Source of the DNA: a bacterium
Lineage (GTDB): Bacteria > Electryoneota > JAOADG01
Direction: 5' to 3'
Assembly (NCBI GenBank): GCA_963681965.1
Contig: OY820579.1
Span: forward strand, 3,136,001-3,200,000
Length of the DNA: 64,000 nt
Shown here: positions 50,064-60,488 of the stretch, in pieces
How positions within the stretch are numbered: the first letter of the stretch is position 1
Layout: the number at the start of each line of letters is the position of its first letter
Program-made: the position numbers and the translations under genes
Notes under the pieces: generated by a model
What the model was told of the DNA's origin: nothing
Database searches by the model: none
Seen by the model: the letters and a program-made list of their open reading frames with translations, nothing else

Positions 50064-50651
50064 TCAATGAATATTCTTATCGTCAGTCATTTCTTGTTGC
50101 GTTAACAGTCGTTGAGCGTAGTTTCTCCAAGTGTCGTTGCCTCCGACCAAAGAGGATGATAGCATTTCCAATCCAACAGTTTTCACACCACGCATCTCCG
50201 TGCACAATTGCCGTGCCTTCACCTCGACATACACCGCTGTACCATTCAATCGACGATCAATATCCTGTGCGATCGATGATGCCAGAATCTCCTGTAAAGT
50301 TGGACGCTGTGCATGATATCGAACCAATCGAACGATGCCCGAGAAACCTAATACTTCATCGCGCGGGGGGATATATGCAATCGAAATCGAACCGAAAAAC
50401 GGGAGTAAGTGATGCGAGCAGAATGAATAAAAGGGGATGTCTCGAATCGCGATCGTTTCTTTGCTGGCATCGGGAACTTTGTAAAGTGATAACTGCGGTT
50501 CAGGTTCATGCATCGATCCAAAAAAATCTAAGTAAAATTCCGCGATCCGAGCAGGAGTCTTGGCGAAATCTTCGTCAGGTTCAATGCCTAAACCCTCAAT
50601 CAGCATTGTTATCGATTCATTGATCTTTGTGCAATCAATCGCGCCTTTCAT
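50064..50651 (-). CDS. folE: GTP cyclohydrolase I (FolE)-family protein, divergent
   Basis: TPARIA, SFCSHHLLPFFG..IAYIP, RPTLQE and LCTEMRGV motifs. Confidence 0.8.
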   Translation of the reverse strand: MKGAIDCTKINESITMLIEGLGIEPDEDFAKTPARIAEFYLDFFGSMHEPEPQLSLYKVPDASKETIAIRDIPFYSFCSHHLLPFFGSISIAYIPPRDEVLGFSGIVRLVRYHAQRPTLQEILASSIAQDIDRRLNGTAVYVEVKARQLCTEMRGVKTVGLEMLSSSLVGGNDTWRNYAQRLLTQQEMTDDKNIH

Positions 50652-50700
50652 ACTTCCACCTTCTTTGTACTTCACCGATCGAGCGTACTTGCTTCGATGT

Positions 50701-50731
50701 AAAAAACGGGCGACCGATTGTCCGCCCGTTT
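50701..50731 (-). terminator. intrinsic terminator after the PEGA gene
   Basis: AAAAAACGGGCG..CGCCCGTTT. Confidence 0.65.
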
Positions 50732-50750
50732 AGTATTCATCAAAATGTTT

Positions 50751-51518
50751 TTACCGTTTGACAACCGTGTCGGCGAGAACCGAATCGATCTGCGTATTCA
50801 TCTTCATTCTCGCATTTCGTTCTGCTTCATTCTTGCGTAAACGTTCGTAAAGCGTGTCGGGTTCTTGTCGGGTACCCGGAAATCCTTTTTGCTGCTCAAC
50901 CGGTGCTGGTTCTAAATCGAAATACAAAATCGCATTTTCGCCGCGATGTAAATTTACTTCCTGCCATTGCGGTCCCTTAAGTCGATATCCCGCTTTATGG
51001 ACTGAGATGAGATGACGACCGATCGGAATTTCGGAAATTACCGAATCGGTTAAAAACGAAGTGGTATCGTTGTTGAAGATAATGCTGGCACCGCGAATAT
51101 TCGATGCGACACGGATTGAGCCGGGATTCGGTCGGAAAAAGAAAATCAAGATCCCACCGGTTAACAACACGATTACAATCAATCCAGTTAAGATCCAGCG
51201 GACTTTACGTTGCCCCCCTTCAATGTCGTCAATCTCTTCGCCAATTTTATCCTCAAGGGCTTGTGCGCGATCCCTAGGATACCATTCAACCGTGCCATCC
51301 TCGTCGACTACGCGAACATAGCCCAGATTCGTGTAATATTTATCACGCTCTTCTTCGACGATGCGTCGAATTCGTTCTGCTTCAACGATTTTCTGTTCGC
51401 GGACTTCCAACGATTTCACTTCGTCTTGAAGTCGTTCGGACTGTTCCATCAAACGCTTGCGAATTTGCTCTCGCAAAATTTCATCTTTTGAGTCTCGCTC
51501 GCGATCGGATTGATTCAT
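50751..51518 (-). CDS. PEGA-domain membrane protein
   Basis: Coiled-coil N-terminus, one TM helix, GSIRVASNIRGASIIFN..IPIGRHLISVHKAGY. Confidence 0.75.
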   Translation of the reverse strand: MNQSDRERDSKDEILREQIRKRLMEQSERLQDEVKSLEVREQKIVEAERIRRIVEEERDKYYTNLGYVRVVDEDGTVEWYPRDRAQALEDKIGEEIDDIEGGQRKVRWILTGLIVIVLLTGGILIFFFRPNPGSIRVASNIRGASIIFNNDTTSFLTDSVISEIPIGRHLISVHKAGYRLKGPQWQEVNLHRGENAILYFDLEPAPVEQQKGFPGTRQEPDTLYERLRKNEAERNARMKMNTQIDSVLADTVVKR

Positions 51519-51580
51519 TTGGGGTTCTCCACCCGATATTTCAATGCATTAATAGTTAATCGTAAGTTACTACAATTAAA

Positions 51581-53518
51581 CTACGAATTCGAATTAAGTT
51601 TTTTCAATGGTGGTAACTCGACACCGGAAATTACTAATTCGATCTCTTCCGAATCAAGTATTTCTCGCTCAATCAACGCTTTCGCAATGCGATGCAATTG
51701 CTCCATGTTGTCCGAGAGAATTTGCTCCGCTCGATCCGAGGCATACTGAAGAATACGCCGGACTTCCTTATCGATCTTAACCGCGGTTTCTTCGCTATAG
51801 GCGCGATGACGCGTCATTTCGCGACCGAGAAAGATTTCCTGTTCATTGGCACCGTATGCCAACGGACCCATTTCGTCCGACATGCCCCATTCGCAAACCA
51901 TCTTGCGCGCATATTCAGTGGCTCGTTCAATATCGTTTCCAGCACCAGTGGTCACTTGATTCAGAACTAGCCGTTCTGCCGCACGACCACCCATCAGATG
52001 GATCAATAACCCTTCAATATAGGATCGCGAGTAGTTGTGCTTTTCATCAACCGGTAAATAGTGCGTCAATCCCAATGCACGCCCACGCGGAATAATTGTC
52101 ACCTTGTGCACGGGATCGCTGCCCGGTGTAAATCTCGAAACCAATACATGACCCGCTTCGTGATAGGCTGTCGATTTCTTTTCTTGATCGGAAATCAACA
52201 TACTTCGACGTTCTTTGCCCATCATGACTTTGTCTTTGGCTTCTTCGAAATCTTCCATCACAACTTTATCGGCACCGCGACGAGCTGCATTCAACGCCGC
52301 TTCATTAACCAAATTCGCTAATTCGGCACCAGCCAATCCTGGCGTACCTTTCGCTAAAGTGGATAGATCGACATCGGTACCGATCGGCACTTTCCGAGTG
52401 TGTACCCGGAGAATTCCTTCTCGACCGCGCACATCGGGACGATCAACCACGACTTGCCGGTCGAATCTTCCCGGACGCATCAATGCCGGATCGAGTACGT
52501 CGGGACGGTTCGTTGCCGCCATCAGGATGACGCCTTCGTTCGACTCGAAGCCATCCATTTCCACGAGCAGTTGATTCAACGTCTGTTCGCGCTCGTCGTG
52601 TCCTCCCCCTAATCCTGCCCCGCGATGTCGCCCTACCGCGTCAATTTCATCGATAAAAATGATACACGGCGCGTGTTTCTTGCCTTGTTCGAATAAATCA
52701 CGCACGCGGCTTGCACCTACACCGACAAACATTTCCACAAAATCGGCACCACTCATCGAGAAAAATGGAACATCGGCTTCGCCAGCGATAGCCCGTGCCA
52801 ACAGAGTTTTACCAGTACCCGGAGGACCCAGCATCAATACACCCTTGGGGACACGTCCACCCAAACGGGTGAATTTCTTGGGATCGCGCAAGAAATCGAT
52901 GACCTCGCGCAACTCTTCTTTCGCTTCATCGGCACCGGCAACATCTTCAAACGTTACGCGATTCTTATTTTCAATAACCAACTTGGCACGCGATTTACCG
53001 AAATTGAAGACACCGCGACTCGATCCGCCTCCCTGCATCCGCTTTAAGAGATAGATCCAGACTGCTAGCAAAATAACCCAAGGAAGCATTGTACTGAGAA
53101 TAACATAAAACCAGCTAGTGGTCTTTTCCTTGAATTCGTACTCAACGCCTTGTGCATCCCACAGATCGGTGGTCTCGACCGGAACTTCCTGAAACGGAAG
53201 GATCGTCTGAAACTTGCCATTGGGGATCATTGCCGCACGCGCGGAAGCATTTGGTTTCAATTCGCCGGTAAAGATCCGGTCGACAATCGTTCCTCGGGCT
53301 ACTTGACCGCTTTCGACCAATTCCTTAAACCGAGGATAAGCGATCGTCGATGCTTCATCCTTCGATTTATCGAATGTGTTATAAAGTAACACAGTCATGA
53401 TAACGAAGAGCATCAATATGAAGAAGCCGCGACTAGCTTTCTGCCAGTCGAATTTATTGTCACCCCTTGGTTTCGGTCGTCGAGGCGTTTCCGGTTCTCG
53501 AGACGATGGTGATTCCAT
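51581..53518 (-). CDS. ftsH: ATP-dependent zinc metalloprotease FtsH
   Basis: Two TM helices, [19 protein letters not shown] motif RPGRFDR and HEAGH. Confidence 0.98.
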   Translation of the reverse strand: MESPSSREPETPRRPKPRGDNKFDWQKASRGFFILMLFVIMTVLLYNTFDKSKDEASTIAYPRFKELVESGQVARGTIVDRIFTGELKPNASARAAMIPNGKFQTILPFQEVPVETTDLWDAQGVEYEFKEKTTSWFYVILSTMLPWVILLAVWIYLLKRMQGGGSSRGVFNFGKSRAKLVIENKNRVTFEDVAGADEAKEELREVIDFLRDPKKFTRLGGRVPKGVLMLGPPGTGKTLLARAIAGEADVPFFSMSGADFVEMFVGVGASRVRDLFEQGKKHAPCIIFIDEIDAVGRHRGAGLGGGHDEREQTLNQLLVEMDGFESNEGVILMAATNRPDVLDPALMRPGRFDRQVVVDRPDVRGREGILRVHTRKVPIGTDVDLSTLAKGTPGLAGAELANLVNEAALNAARRGADKVVMEDFEEAKDKVMMGKERRSMLISDQEKKSTAYHEAGHVLVSRFTPGSDPVHKVTIIPRGRALGLTHYLPVDEKHNYSRSYIEGLLIHLMGGRAAERLVLNQVTTGAGNDIERATEYARKMVCEWGMSDEMGPLAYGANEQEIFLGREMTRHRAYSEETAVKIDKEVRRILQYASDRAEQILSDNMEQLHRIAKALIEREILDSEEIELVISGVELPPLKKLNSNS

Positions 53519-53563
53519 GATTTTTTACACTTTCGCTAAGAAATATGAATATGGATGAGAATA

Positions 53564-54583
53564 TTAATGATACGTAGCAAAATCAATTGGTGTATTGCCG
53601 GTAATACGAATGCTCGATTGAAACGTACAATGCAGTTTCGTTAGCCGATAGGTAATATCGATTCCCAGTTTCCCTACTGATCCCCATCGTCGATCGGAAA
53701 TCGTTCTGGTAAATTGAGTCCGGTTACCGCCGGGGATGCCACCCGGTTCGATTTGATAGTAAAGAGCGACACGGTCAATAAAGACTTGTAGGGTCTCGTC
53801 ACGAAATTCGACCAATATCCGACTATCTGCGACTAGCAGCGAATCGTGAATTTCGACTAAGTCCGACCAAATCCGGTCTAATTCTGTGGCTGCTTCATCG
53901 AGCTGAGAACGAGCCGATGCGGCAATCTGTTCCATTTGCACGATTGTAGCTTCATACTCGACTGGACTCAATTTCATCCAATCGGCACGGATCGAGTTGC
54001 GCAATCCGTGATTTCGATCATCGTTGGTTGGATCTTCCAGCCATGTTTCGTGATTTGTCCGCAACCAATCGCGTAATGTTGCCCGCGTAAGCTGTAAGAA
54101 TGGTCGATAAACCTCAAGCTCATGCTGTGAATCGATTCGGTGCACTCGCCGTTCAGGAATCCCGGATAGTGCTTTCAAACCCTGTTTTCGATGTAATGCG
54201 ATGGCTACCGTTTCGGCAAAATCATCCCGGGTATGTGCCGTGACCAATTGCTTCATGTTACTTGCGATAGCGATCTCGCTCAATGCGAGATACCGCAATT
54301 TTCGACACTTCGCCTCATAACCGGCACCACCCCGCGATACTTCGGCGATTGCTTTGACTGACGCGACCATTCCCAACCGAGTCGCCAAATTGACAACAAA
54401 TAATTCCGATTGGTGCTGCCACAATGAATCGCCATGACGGACATGCCCGATGACAGCCTCGACGCCGCGAATTCGATACCAAAGAGCCAGTGCGACACTA
54501 TCTCCGCCTCCAGATACACCCAATAGGCTGGATTCCGGACAACTAGGATAATATAACATCTCGAAGGGGTATTCGAAATTCAT
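53564..54583 (-). CDS. tilS: tRNA(Ile)-lysidine synthetase (short form)
   Basis: GVSGGGDS, E..CR.LRY, TAHTRDD.AET, RPFL and EDPTN motifs; adjacent to ftsH. Confidence 0.85.
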   Translation of the reverse strand: MNFEYPFEMLYYPSCPESSLLGVSGGGDSVALALWYRIRGVEAVIGHVRHGDSLWQHQSELFVVNLATRLGMVASVKAIAEVSRGGAGYEAKCRKLRYLALSEIAIASNMKQLVTAHTRDDFAETVAIALHRKQGLKALSGIPERRVHRIDSQHELEVYRPFLQLTRATLRDWLRTNHETWLEDPTNDDRNHGLRNSIRADWMKLSPVEYEATIVQMEQIAASARSQLDEAATELDRIWSDLVEIHDSLLVADSRILVEFRDETLQVFIDRVALYYQIEPGGIPGGNRTQFTRTISDRRWGSVGKLGIDITYRLTKLHCTFQSSIRITGNTPIDFATYH

Positions 54584-54602
54584 GAATTAACAAGCTTTTG
54601 CA

Positions 54603-57125
54603 TTATTGATTGAGAAATCTATGAATAAAGATTACAGTACGATCGTCGGACGGGGGCGCATTGGCAGTAACTGAAGTTACATCGATAAATAGTTGATCCA
54701 GTGCTTCCTGTGCAGTTTGTTCGCGGGAAGCAAGCAAAGTCGATTGCAATCGATCATGTCCATAAAAGTTGATTGAATCCGCTGTCGCTTCGGAAATACC
54801 ATCGGAGTAGATCAAAAGTCGATCACCATAATCTAGTTTCACTTCGCCATTGCTGTACTTCATTCCGGTGAATGCACCAACTACCGCTCCCCCCTCTCGA
54901 AGCTCTTGGATTTTTCCGTGGCTTAAGAGTAGCGGGTTTTCGTGACCGGCATTGACATACTTTAACACACCCGTTTCGCAATCCAATACAGCCAGGAATA
55001 GTGTCACAAACAATTCTGATGATGTCGTTCGGTATACCGCCTCATTCAATTTGGTGACGACGATTTCCGGATTGTCGAACATCGAGCAGAGTGTTCGAAG
55101 TGTTGCTTGTACATTCGACATTAATAGTGCCGCCGCCATCCCCTTACCTGAAACATCTCCGAGTGATATGACAATTCTATTCTCAGATAATGGTTGAAAA
55201 TCGTAAAAATCGCCGCCCACATCTTCGGCAAATTCATTACGAGCTGACAGTTCCCAGCCCGGAAGTACCGGAGGGGAATTAGGCATCAAATTCTTCTGGA
55301 TCGATCGTGCTATCTGAAGATCGGCTTTGATTCGTTCTTTGATTTGGATCTCTGCCAGCATTTGCTTGATATCTTCAGCCATTAGATTGAACGAATAGGC
55401 AATTTCACCTAATTCGTCTTTCGATTCAATTGGAATTCGATGGCCAAGTTCACCTCGTCGTAATGCTAAAGTTCCGGTAATCAACCGATCGGCACTCGAT
55501 GAGATTAGTCTAGTAATTTGAAATCCAATATTTATCGCAACTAACCCAATAACAAATAATATTGTCGATAAGCCTAATTGAAGGATGGTGATAAACCGCA
55601 ATACCGGATTCTCTCGACCCGAAAACGTGATATAGATCCGATCGATCGAACTGTATAGCGTAACCAATGTTGACCAGGTAATTGCATGTTGATCGAAAAC
55701 AATCGTTTGATACGGTATAAATCCAATTGGAAAGGACTGGGCTAAAAATCCGTTCGTACTATCTCGACCCACAGTAGACAGCAAAACATCCTTTTCATCT
55801 TCTTTTTTTGGCGAAACTGGTAGCGGATTATTCGTATTAAAGACAATCGCATCGGGATTTTGCTGTGGAATGGAAGTGACTTGGATATCTACATCGGCAA
55901 TCGATTTGCTGTGTAAGAGATCCCTCTGTGTGATCGGGTGCGCCATGCAGTACAGCGAACCTTCCCGCTCCACAAAGACCAACCACATCATCCGATTCAT
56001 CGCCAGTCCGAGACTGGAATATGGCGGAGATAGGATCTCTTTGGTCAGAAAATGCTTAAATAACTTGTTACTATCGGCGACCGGCGAATAGCGATAGAAA
56101 GTTTGCTTCGATTTGGTGACTACTTTTTGCCAATGATACCTCATCACATAGTTTTCAGCATTGGAAACACGCTGAACTGCCACACTATTGTCTTCAATCT
56201 GTTTCAGATCCTCAAGCGGCATATTACTCAATTTTAAAATCATATCTTTCGTCGGTTCAAGTACTAACGAGTTCGCGACCCGGCTGGAAAATCCCGATAA
56301 CCAAACGAAACCCACGAGTGACATGATAAAGATCAGTAGCACGGTTGGAAGAAGACTTGTAAATAAAAAAGAAATAACGAGTTTCGACCGAATCGGTGAA
56401 TTTTCGCGAATATTGCGAATGATCGGTGTTCCGACCAAACGGATAATCGCTAGCATCGAGCCGCAAAGCAGTAATAAGCGATTAAATTCCAGCGCTTCAC
56501 TAAAATATTTCGGCAAAAAGAGTTCACGATAGATCGAATTATCGGAAATATTACTAATCAGAATAGAAAAGGTAATCGAATAGATAAAGATTGTTAAAAT
56601 AAGTTTAATCAAACCCTTCGTTCGATCTGTCGCGTCACCACGCACAAATAAAGTCAATATCACGATTACTGCAATTAGATGTAGAATAGTGTGATGATAG
56701 ACTAAAAACGGGGCACCGATAACAACAAATGGCAGCAACCATTCCGGTTGTACGCTTTGCTTGAAGAGCGGCCACGACGGTCGAGGTTCTAGAATTAGTC
56801 GAAGCGAGTAAAATTGAAGCGACAGCATTAAAAATAGAACGACTATCGCAAGTAACGGGCGTGACGCGATGGGTAAGATTGACAATATTCCCGATGCGGC
56901 AAGTAAGATCCACAACCATTTCGGACTCAAACCCCGAGCCTCGACACCCCATGCAATACAGATTGAAGCGACAAATACAAAATGAAATGTACCCCAAACA
57001 CTCGTGCCATTCAGTAAATAGAGTACAGTAGCTAAGACAAAAAAGATGCCGCCGCATAATAGAATTATCCTGCGGGTAACATTCGAAACTGGAATGGAGA
57101 TCAATTTTTGGAGATAATTAGACAT
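54603..57125 (-). CDS. membrane PP2C/SpoIIE (RsbU-like) phosphatase with HAMP domain
   Basis: Multi-TM N-terminus, HAMP (SKDELGEIAYSFN.M), GGDFYD, GDVSGKG, NAGH, SDGI.EA and DDRT motifs. Confidence 0.92.
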   Translation of the reverse strand: MSNYLQKLISIPVSNVTRRIILLCGGIFFVLATVLYLLNGTSVWGTFHFVFVASICIAWGVEARGLSPKWLWILLAASGILSILPIASRPLLAIVVLFLMLSLQFYSLRLILEPRPSWPLFKQSVQPEWLLPFVVIGAPFLVYHHTILHLIAVIVILTLFVRGDATDRTKGLIKLILTIFIYSITFSILISNISDNSIYRELFLPKYFSEALEFNRLLLLCGSMLAIIRLVGTPIIRNIRENSPIRSKLVISFLFTSLLPTVLLIFIMSLVGFVWLSGFSSRVANSLVLEPTKDMILKLSNMPLEDLKQIEDNSVAVQRVSNAENYVMRYHWQKVVTKSKQTFYRYSPVADSNKLFKHFLTKEILSPPYSSLGLAMNRMMWLVFVEREGSLYCMAHPITQRDLLHSKSIADVDIQVTSIPQQNPDAIVFNTNNPLPVSPKKEDEKDVLLSTVGRDSTNGFLAQSFPIGFIPYQTIVFDQHAITWSTLVTLYSSIDRIYITFSGRENPVLRFITILQLGLSTILFVIGLVAINIGFQITRLISSSADRLITGTLALRRGELGHRIPIESKDELGEIAYSFNLMAEDIKQMLAEIQIKERIKADLQIARSIQKNLMPNSPPVLPGWELSARNEFAEDVGGDFYDFQPLSENRIVISLGDVSGKGMAAALLMSNVQATLRTLCSMFDNPEIVVTKLNEAVYRTTSSELFVTLFLAVLDCETGVLKYVNAGHENPLLLSHGKIQELREGGAVVGAFTGMKYSNGEVKLDYGDRLLIYSDGISEATADSINFYGHDRLQSTLLASREQTAQEALDQLFIDVTSVTANAPPSDDRTVIFIHRFLNQ

Positions 57126-57521
57126 GTAACGATTCCGGACACCGAAAGATAACTATTTCGATGACGACCCCCAAAGTAATTTGTTTATATATTTATTTAC
57201 ATCTAAATGTTACATTGATTAATATTCAATGCATACAAAGTAAAATACTTGATAAAGCTATCCCCCTCGGAGCAGTCTAAGATAACTCAGAAACACTTCT
57301 TTAACTAGAACGAATTCATAACTATTTATAATATGTTTCACGAAAGTCACATTGTGAATTTTTGTACTCTGTCGGATAACTTTGTATACTTTCACCGTTG
57401 TATTAGTATCTTCATTTCAATCAACAAATCGATGTTTTCTTGGTGTATTAGCCATGCTCCTGACACAACGTATCAGGAGCATTTTAAGCCCCAACGAGTG
57501 TTATTTTATTCGGAGGAATCA

Positions 57522-60152
57522 ATGAAACCACTGCGAAACATTCGCATTTCTGTTTTATTCTTATCGGTTGTTCTCTGCATTTTATCGCTGGTTTCATTCG
57601 CCAGCGCAATCCAATTTGCCGAGAATTTCGATGTCAGTGCCAAAGCTGCCTATGCTGCAGCCGATGTAACTATACATGGCAATACTTGGAATTTAGACGA
57701 TGTGCTTACCGGCAATATCGCGGGAGACAAGAAAAACGGAACTTACTCGTTACGTATGCGTGCTCCTGCTGCAGGTCAAGGCGTTACGATGAAGTTCGAT
57801 TACCCCTATGGCGCCAGCACCGTTCTAGTTTCCAGTGCAACTTATGGCAGTGATGCTGCAAGTTCTTGGAGTTTTTGGAAATCTACCGATCAGGGTGGAA
57901 CATGGACTCAGGTTGGTTCGGCAGTCACAACAACTGGAACCTTAACTGCAACGACATTCACAGTGAATGTATCGGGCAATATTCGATTTCAGATTCGTCG
58001 TGCTTCGGGTTCTTCCTCGACTCGCATCAACTTTGATGATTTCACGATTAATGGTTACGGTACTCCCACAATTGCAGTTACCCAAGGTAGCTCGATTGCC
58101 AACGGTGGTTCGAAAAGCTTTGGAAGTGTCAATCTTGGTTCATATACCGATTTAACATTCACAATCAACAACACCGGTAATGGCGCTTCTGCCCTGAGCT
58201 TCAACGATTTAACCGGTACCGATTTCAGTTTCCAAGGGACCAACCCCGCAGTCGTAACTGCCAGCGGATCTGCGACATTTACCGTTCGCTTTACTCCGAC
58301 TGCAGTCGGTTCACGAACCGCTACTGTCAATGTAACCAACGATCAAACTGGGAATACACCCTATGTGATCAACTTATCTGGAACTGGTGTTGGCGTTCCA
58401 AATCTAATGGCCAATATAGGTATCGATGTTCCCAATGGTGGCACGATTAATTACGGCGAATGTCTTATCGGAACAGCTTACGATTATCCAATCACGATCA
58501 ATAATAGCGGTACCGGTGCATCGGCATTGAGCTTCAGCGATCTTTCCGGTGAATTCACTTATTTGAATGCCAATCCTGCAACTGTTGCTGCCGGTAGTTC
58601 AGCAATCTTCACCGTTCGATTCATTCCGACTGCTGTTGGTCTGAGAAGCGGCTCCGTTAGCATTACGACTGACCAAGTCGGAAACACACCTTATGTAATC
58701 AATTTACAGGGTACTGGTACAGGTTCACCATCGCTATCAGTCGCAGTGGTTTCGACACCTGTCGCCAACGATGGAACGCAAGATTTCGGAACAGTGACAC
58801 TTGGTTCTTACTCCGATATCACTTTCAACATTCAAAATGTCGGCACCCTGCCCTCTAGCCTGAGCTTCAACTCGCTTTCAGGCGATTTCAGTTACCAAGG
58901 CTCTAATCCTTCCAGTATTGCTGCTAACTCCGGGCTAGAGTATTTTACCGTTCGCTTCACCCCAACAGCAATAGGTGCCAGAACTGCTACTATAAATATC
59001 ACGAACGACCAGTCGGGTAATTCTCCGTTTGTCATTCACCTAACGGGTACTGGTGGAAGTTATGCGACACCACCAATTGCGAATCCCGATCCAAATCCGG
59101 CTCCGCAAACACCGTGGACACCGACCATCCCGACTGATCCGACCATCGGTGATGTCCCGACGGCTCCAGTAGTGATCGACTTCCCGGCACAAGCTGGTCC
59201 GTATTCGAATCCGACCTCGATCACGGTAACACAGACCACGACCCCACCAGCAAGTCTGCTCGGTTCCGGCTTAGTGGATGCGAACCATACCATTGCGCGT
59301 TTTTGGACGATTACTCCAAATTCGGAAAACTTCGTCAATGCAACTTTGACACTGCATTTTGGATTGGCTGACCTCCCCGCCGGAATCGTTGATCCGATCA
59401 CTGCAGTTCCGCGATTGTATGCATTATACTCATCCAATGGTGTCAACTGGCACATTATGGATGGTGTAATCACCGGTCCCGATGCCAATGGCGTATACAG
59501 CTATACCGTCAGTGGTCTAAACCACTTCTCTGAATGGGGTGTTGGCAATGGCGCTTTGTTGCCCGTTCAACTTGCCACCTTCAATATCACATCATTCGAT
59601 AAAGGGATCCGCCTCAACTGGACGACTGAATCCGAATTGAATGTCAAGCGCTTCAAGATCGAGCGCTGGGCAAACGGTGACGAAAACAACGTTCAGACGA
59701 TTCTGCATGAGAGTAAGTCGGTCAACGGTAACAGCTCGACTACCCTGAATTATTCGGTGGAAGACAAATTCGCAGCGGTTCAGGGTCAGTACTATCATTA
59801 CCGGTTATCCGAAGAAACATTGGACGGTACGGTTACTGAACTCCGTTCGCGAGTAGTTGAGTACCGTGTGAAAACGTTCGAACTGCCCAAGGGCTTCGGT
59901 TTGTTAAAAGCATATCCGAATCCATTCAACCCCACCACGACGATTCGCGTTCAGCTTCGCGAAACCGCCACTGCTACCGTGTCAATTTACAACACGAATG
60001 GTCAGTTGGTTAGCACGCTATATCGCGGTCTTGTTGGAATCGAACCGATGAACCTCCAGTTCAATGCCGCAAATCTTCCCAGTGGCGTATACATGGTTCA
60101 AATCAGCAGCCCGAAATTCACGACCCAAAAGAAAATCGTTCTGATGAAGTAG
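57522..60152 (+). CDS. secreted protein with three choice-of-anchor D (ASH-like Ig) domains, Pro/Thr linker, beta-sandwich and T9SS-type C-terminal domain
   Basis: Start reassigned to ATG 57522 (SD GGAGG); three (F/Y)G....G....(F/I).I.N.G...FTVRF.PTA.G.R units; LLPVQL..F; AYPNPFNP..KIVLMK. Confidence 0.85.
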   Translation: MKPLRNIRISVLFLSVVLCILSLVSFASAIQFAENFDVSAKAAYAAADVTIHGNTWNLDDVLTGNIAGDKKNGTYSLRMRAPAAGQGVTMKFDYPYGASTVLVSSATYGSDAASSWSFWKSTDQGGTWTQVGSAVTTTGTLTATTFTVNVSGNIRFQIRRASGSSSTRINFDDFTINGYGTPTIAVTQGSSIANGGSKSFGSVNLGSYTDLTFTINNTGNGASALSFNDLTGTDFSFQGTNPAVVTASGSATFTVRFTPTAVGSRTATVNVTNDQTGNTPYVINLSGTGVGVPNLMANIGIDVPNGGTINYGECLIGTAYDYPITINNSGTGASALSFSDLSGEFTYLNANPATVAAGSSAIFTVRFIPTAVGLRSGSVSITTDQVGNTPYVINLQGTGTGSPSLSVAVVSTPVANDGTQDFGTVTLGSYSDITFNIQNVGTLPSSLSFNSLSGDFSYQGSNPSSIAANSGLEYFTVRFTPTAIGARTATINITNDQSGNSPFVIHLTGTGGSYATPPIANPDPNPAPQTPWTPTIPTDPTIGDVPTAPVVIDFPAQAGPYSNPTSITVTQTTTPPASLLGSGLVDANHTIARFWTITPNSENFVNATLTLHFGLADLPAGIVDPITAVPRLYALYSSNGVNWHIMDGVITGPDANGVYSYTVSGLNHFSEWGVGNGALLPVQLATFNITSFDKGIRLNWTTESELNVKRFKIERWANGDENNVQTILHESKSVNGNSSTTLNYSVEDKFAAVQGQYYHYRLSEETLDGTVTELRSRVVEYRVKTFELPKGFGLLKAYPNPFNPTTTIRVQLRETATATVSIYNTNGQLVSTLYRGLVGIEPMNLQFNAANLPSGVYMVQISSPKFTTQKKIVLMK

Positions 60153-60176
60153 TTACATTCAATCATCTTTTTACAG

Positions 60177-60209
60177 AGTGGGGTGCCCAAACGGCACCCC
60201 ATTTTGTTT
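60177..60209 (+). terminator. intrinsic terminator
   Basis: TGGGGTGCC-caaac-GGCACCCCA-TTTTGTTT. Confidence 0.85.
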
Positions 60210-60488
60210 GCCATAGACTTCGACTATGAATTTGTTATTCCGACGACTTACGATTATTAGTAGGTTTGAATACAATCATTATCTCTCAGAGAGAACGTTA
60301 GATCCCCCATAAATAACGGCTATTTTCCCAATTAATCAATTCTTTATTAAACATTTGGATCGATATCTCCGGAATTCAAGGGGAATTGAAATCAAAGATC
60401 GCGGGCTTTGGATTGTGGTTATAATAAACTCGAGCTAACTTTAAGCGATTGTCTCTCATTTTTTTTCTATAACTGGAGGATTAAATAA

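Noticed and set aside
57333-57521. Long N-terminal extensions in the ORF track (also nuoB, nadE, S8 protease, PstS-like, Ig lipoprotein, DinB)
   Set aside because: Downstream starts fit better with SD sites, signal peptides or stop/start overlaps, so the extensions are probably not translated.
60210-60488. Riboswitch (for example c-di-GMP) upstream of the second secreted paralog
   Set aside because: Only weak short hairpins are visible and no recognisable riboswitch consensus; an Rfam scan would be needed to exclude one fully.
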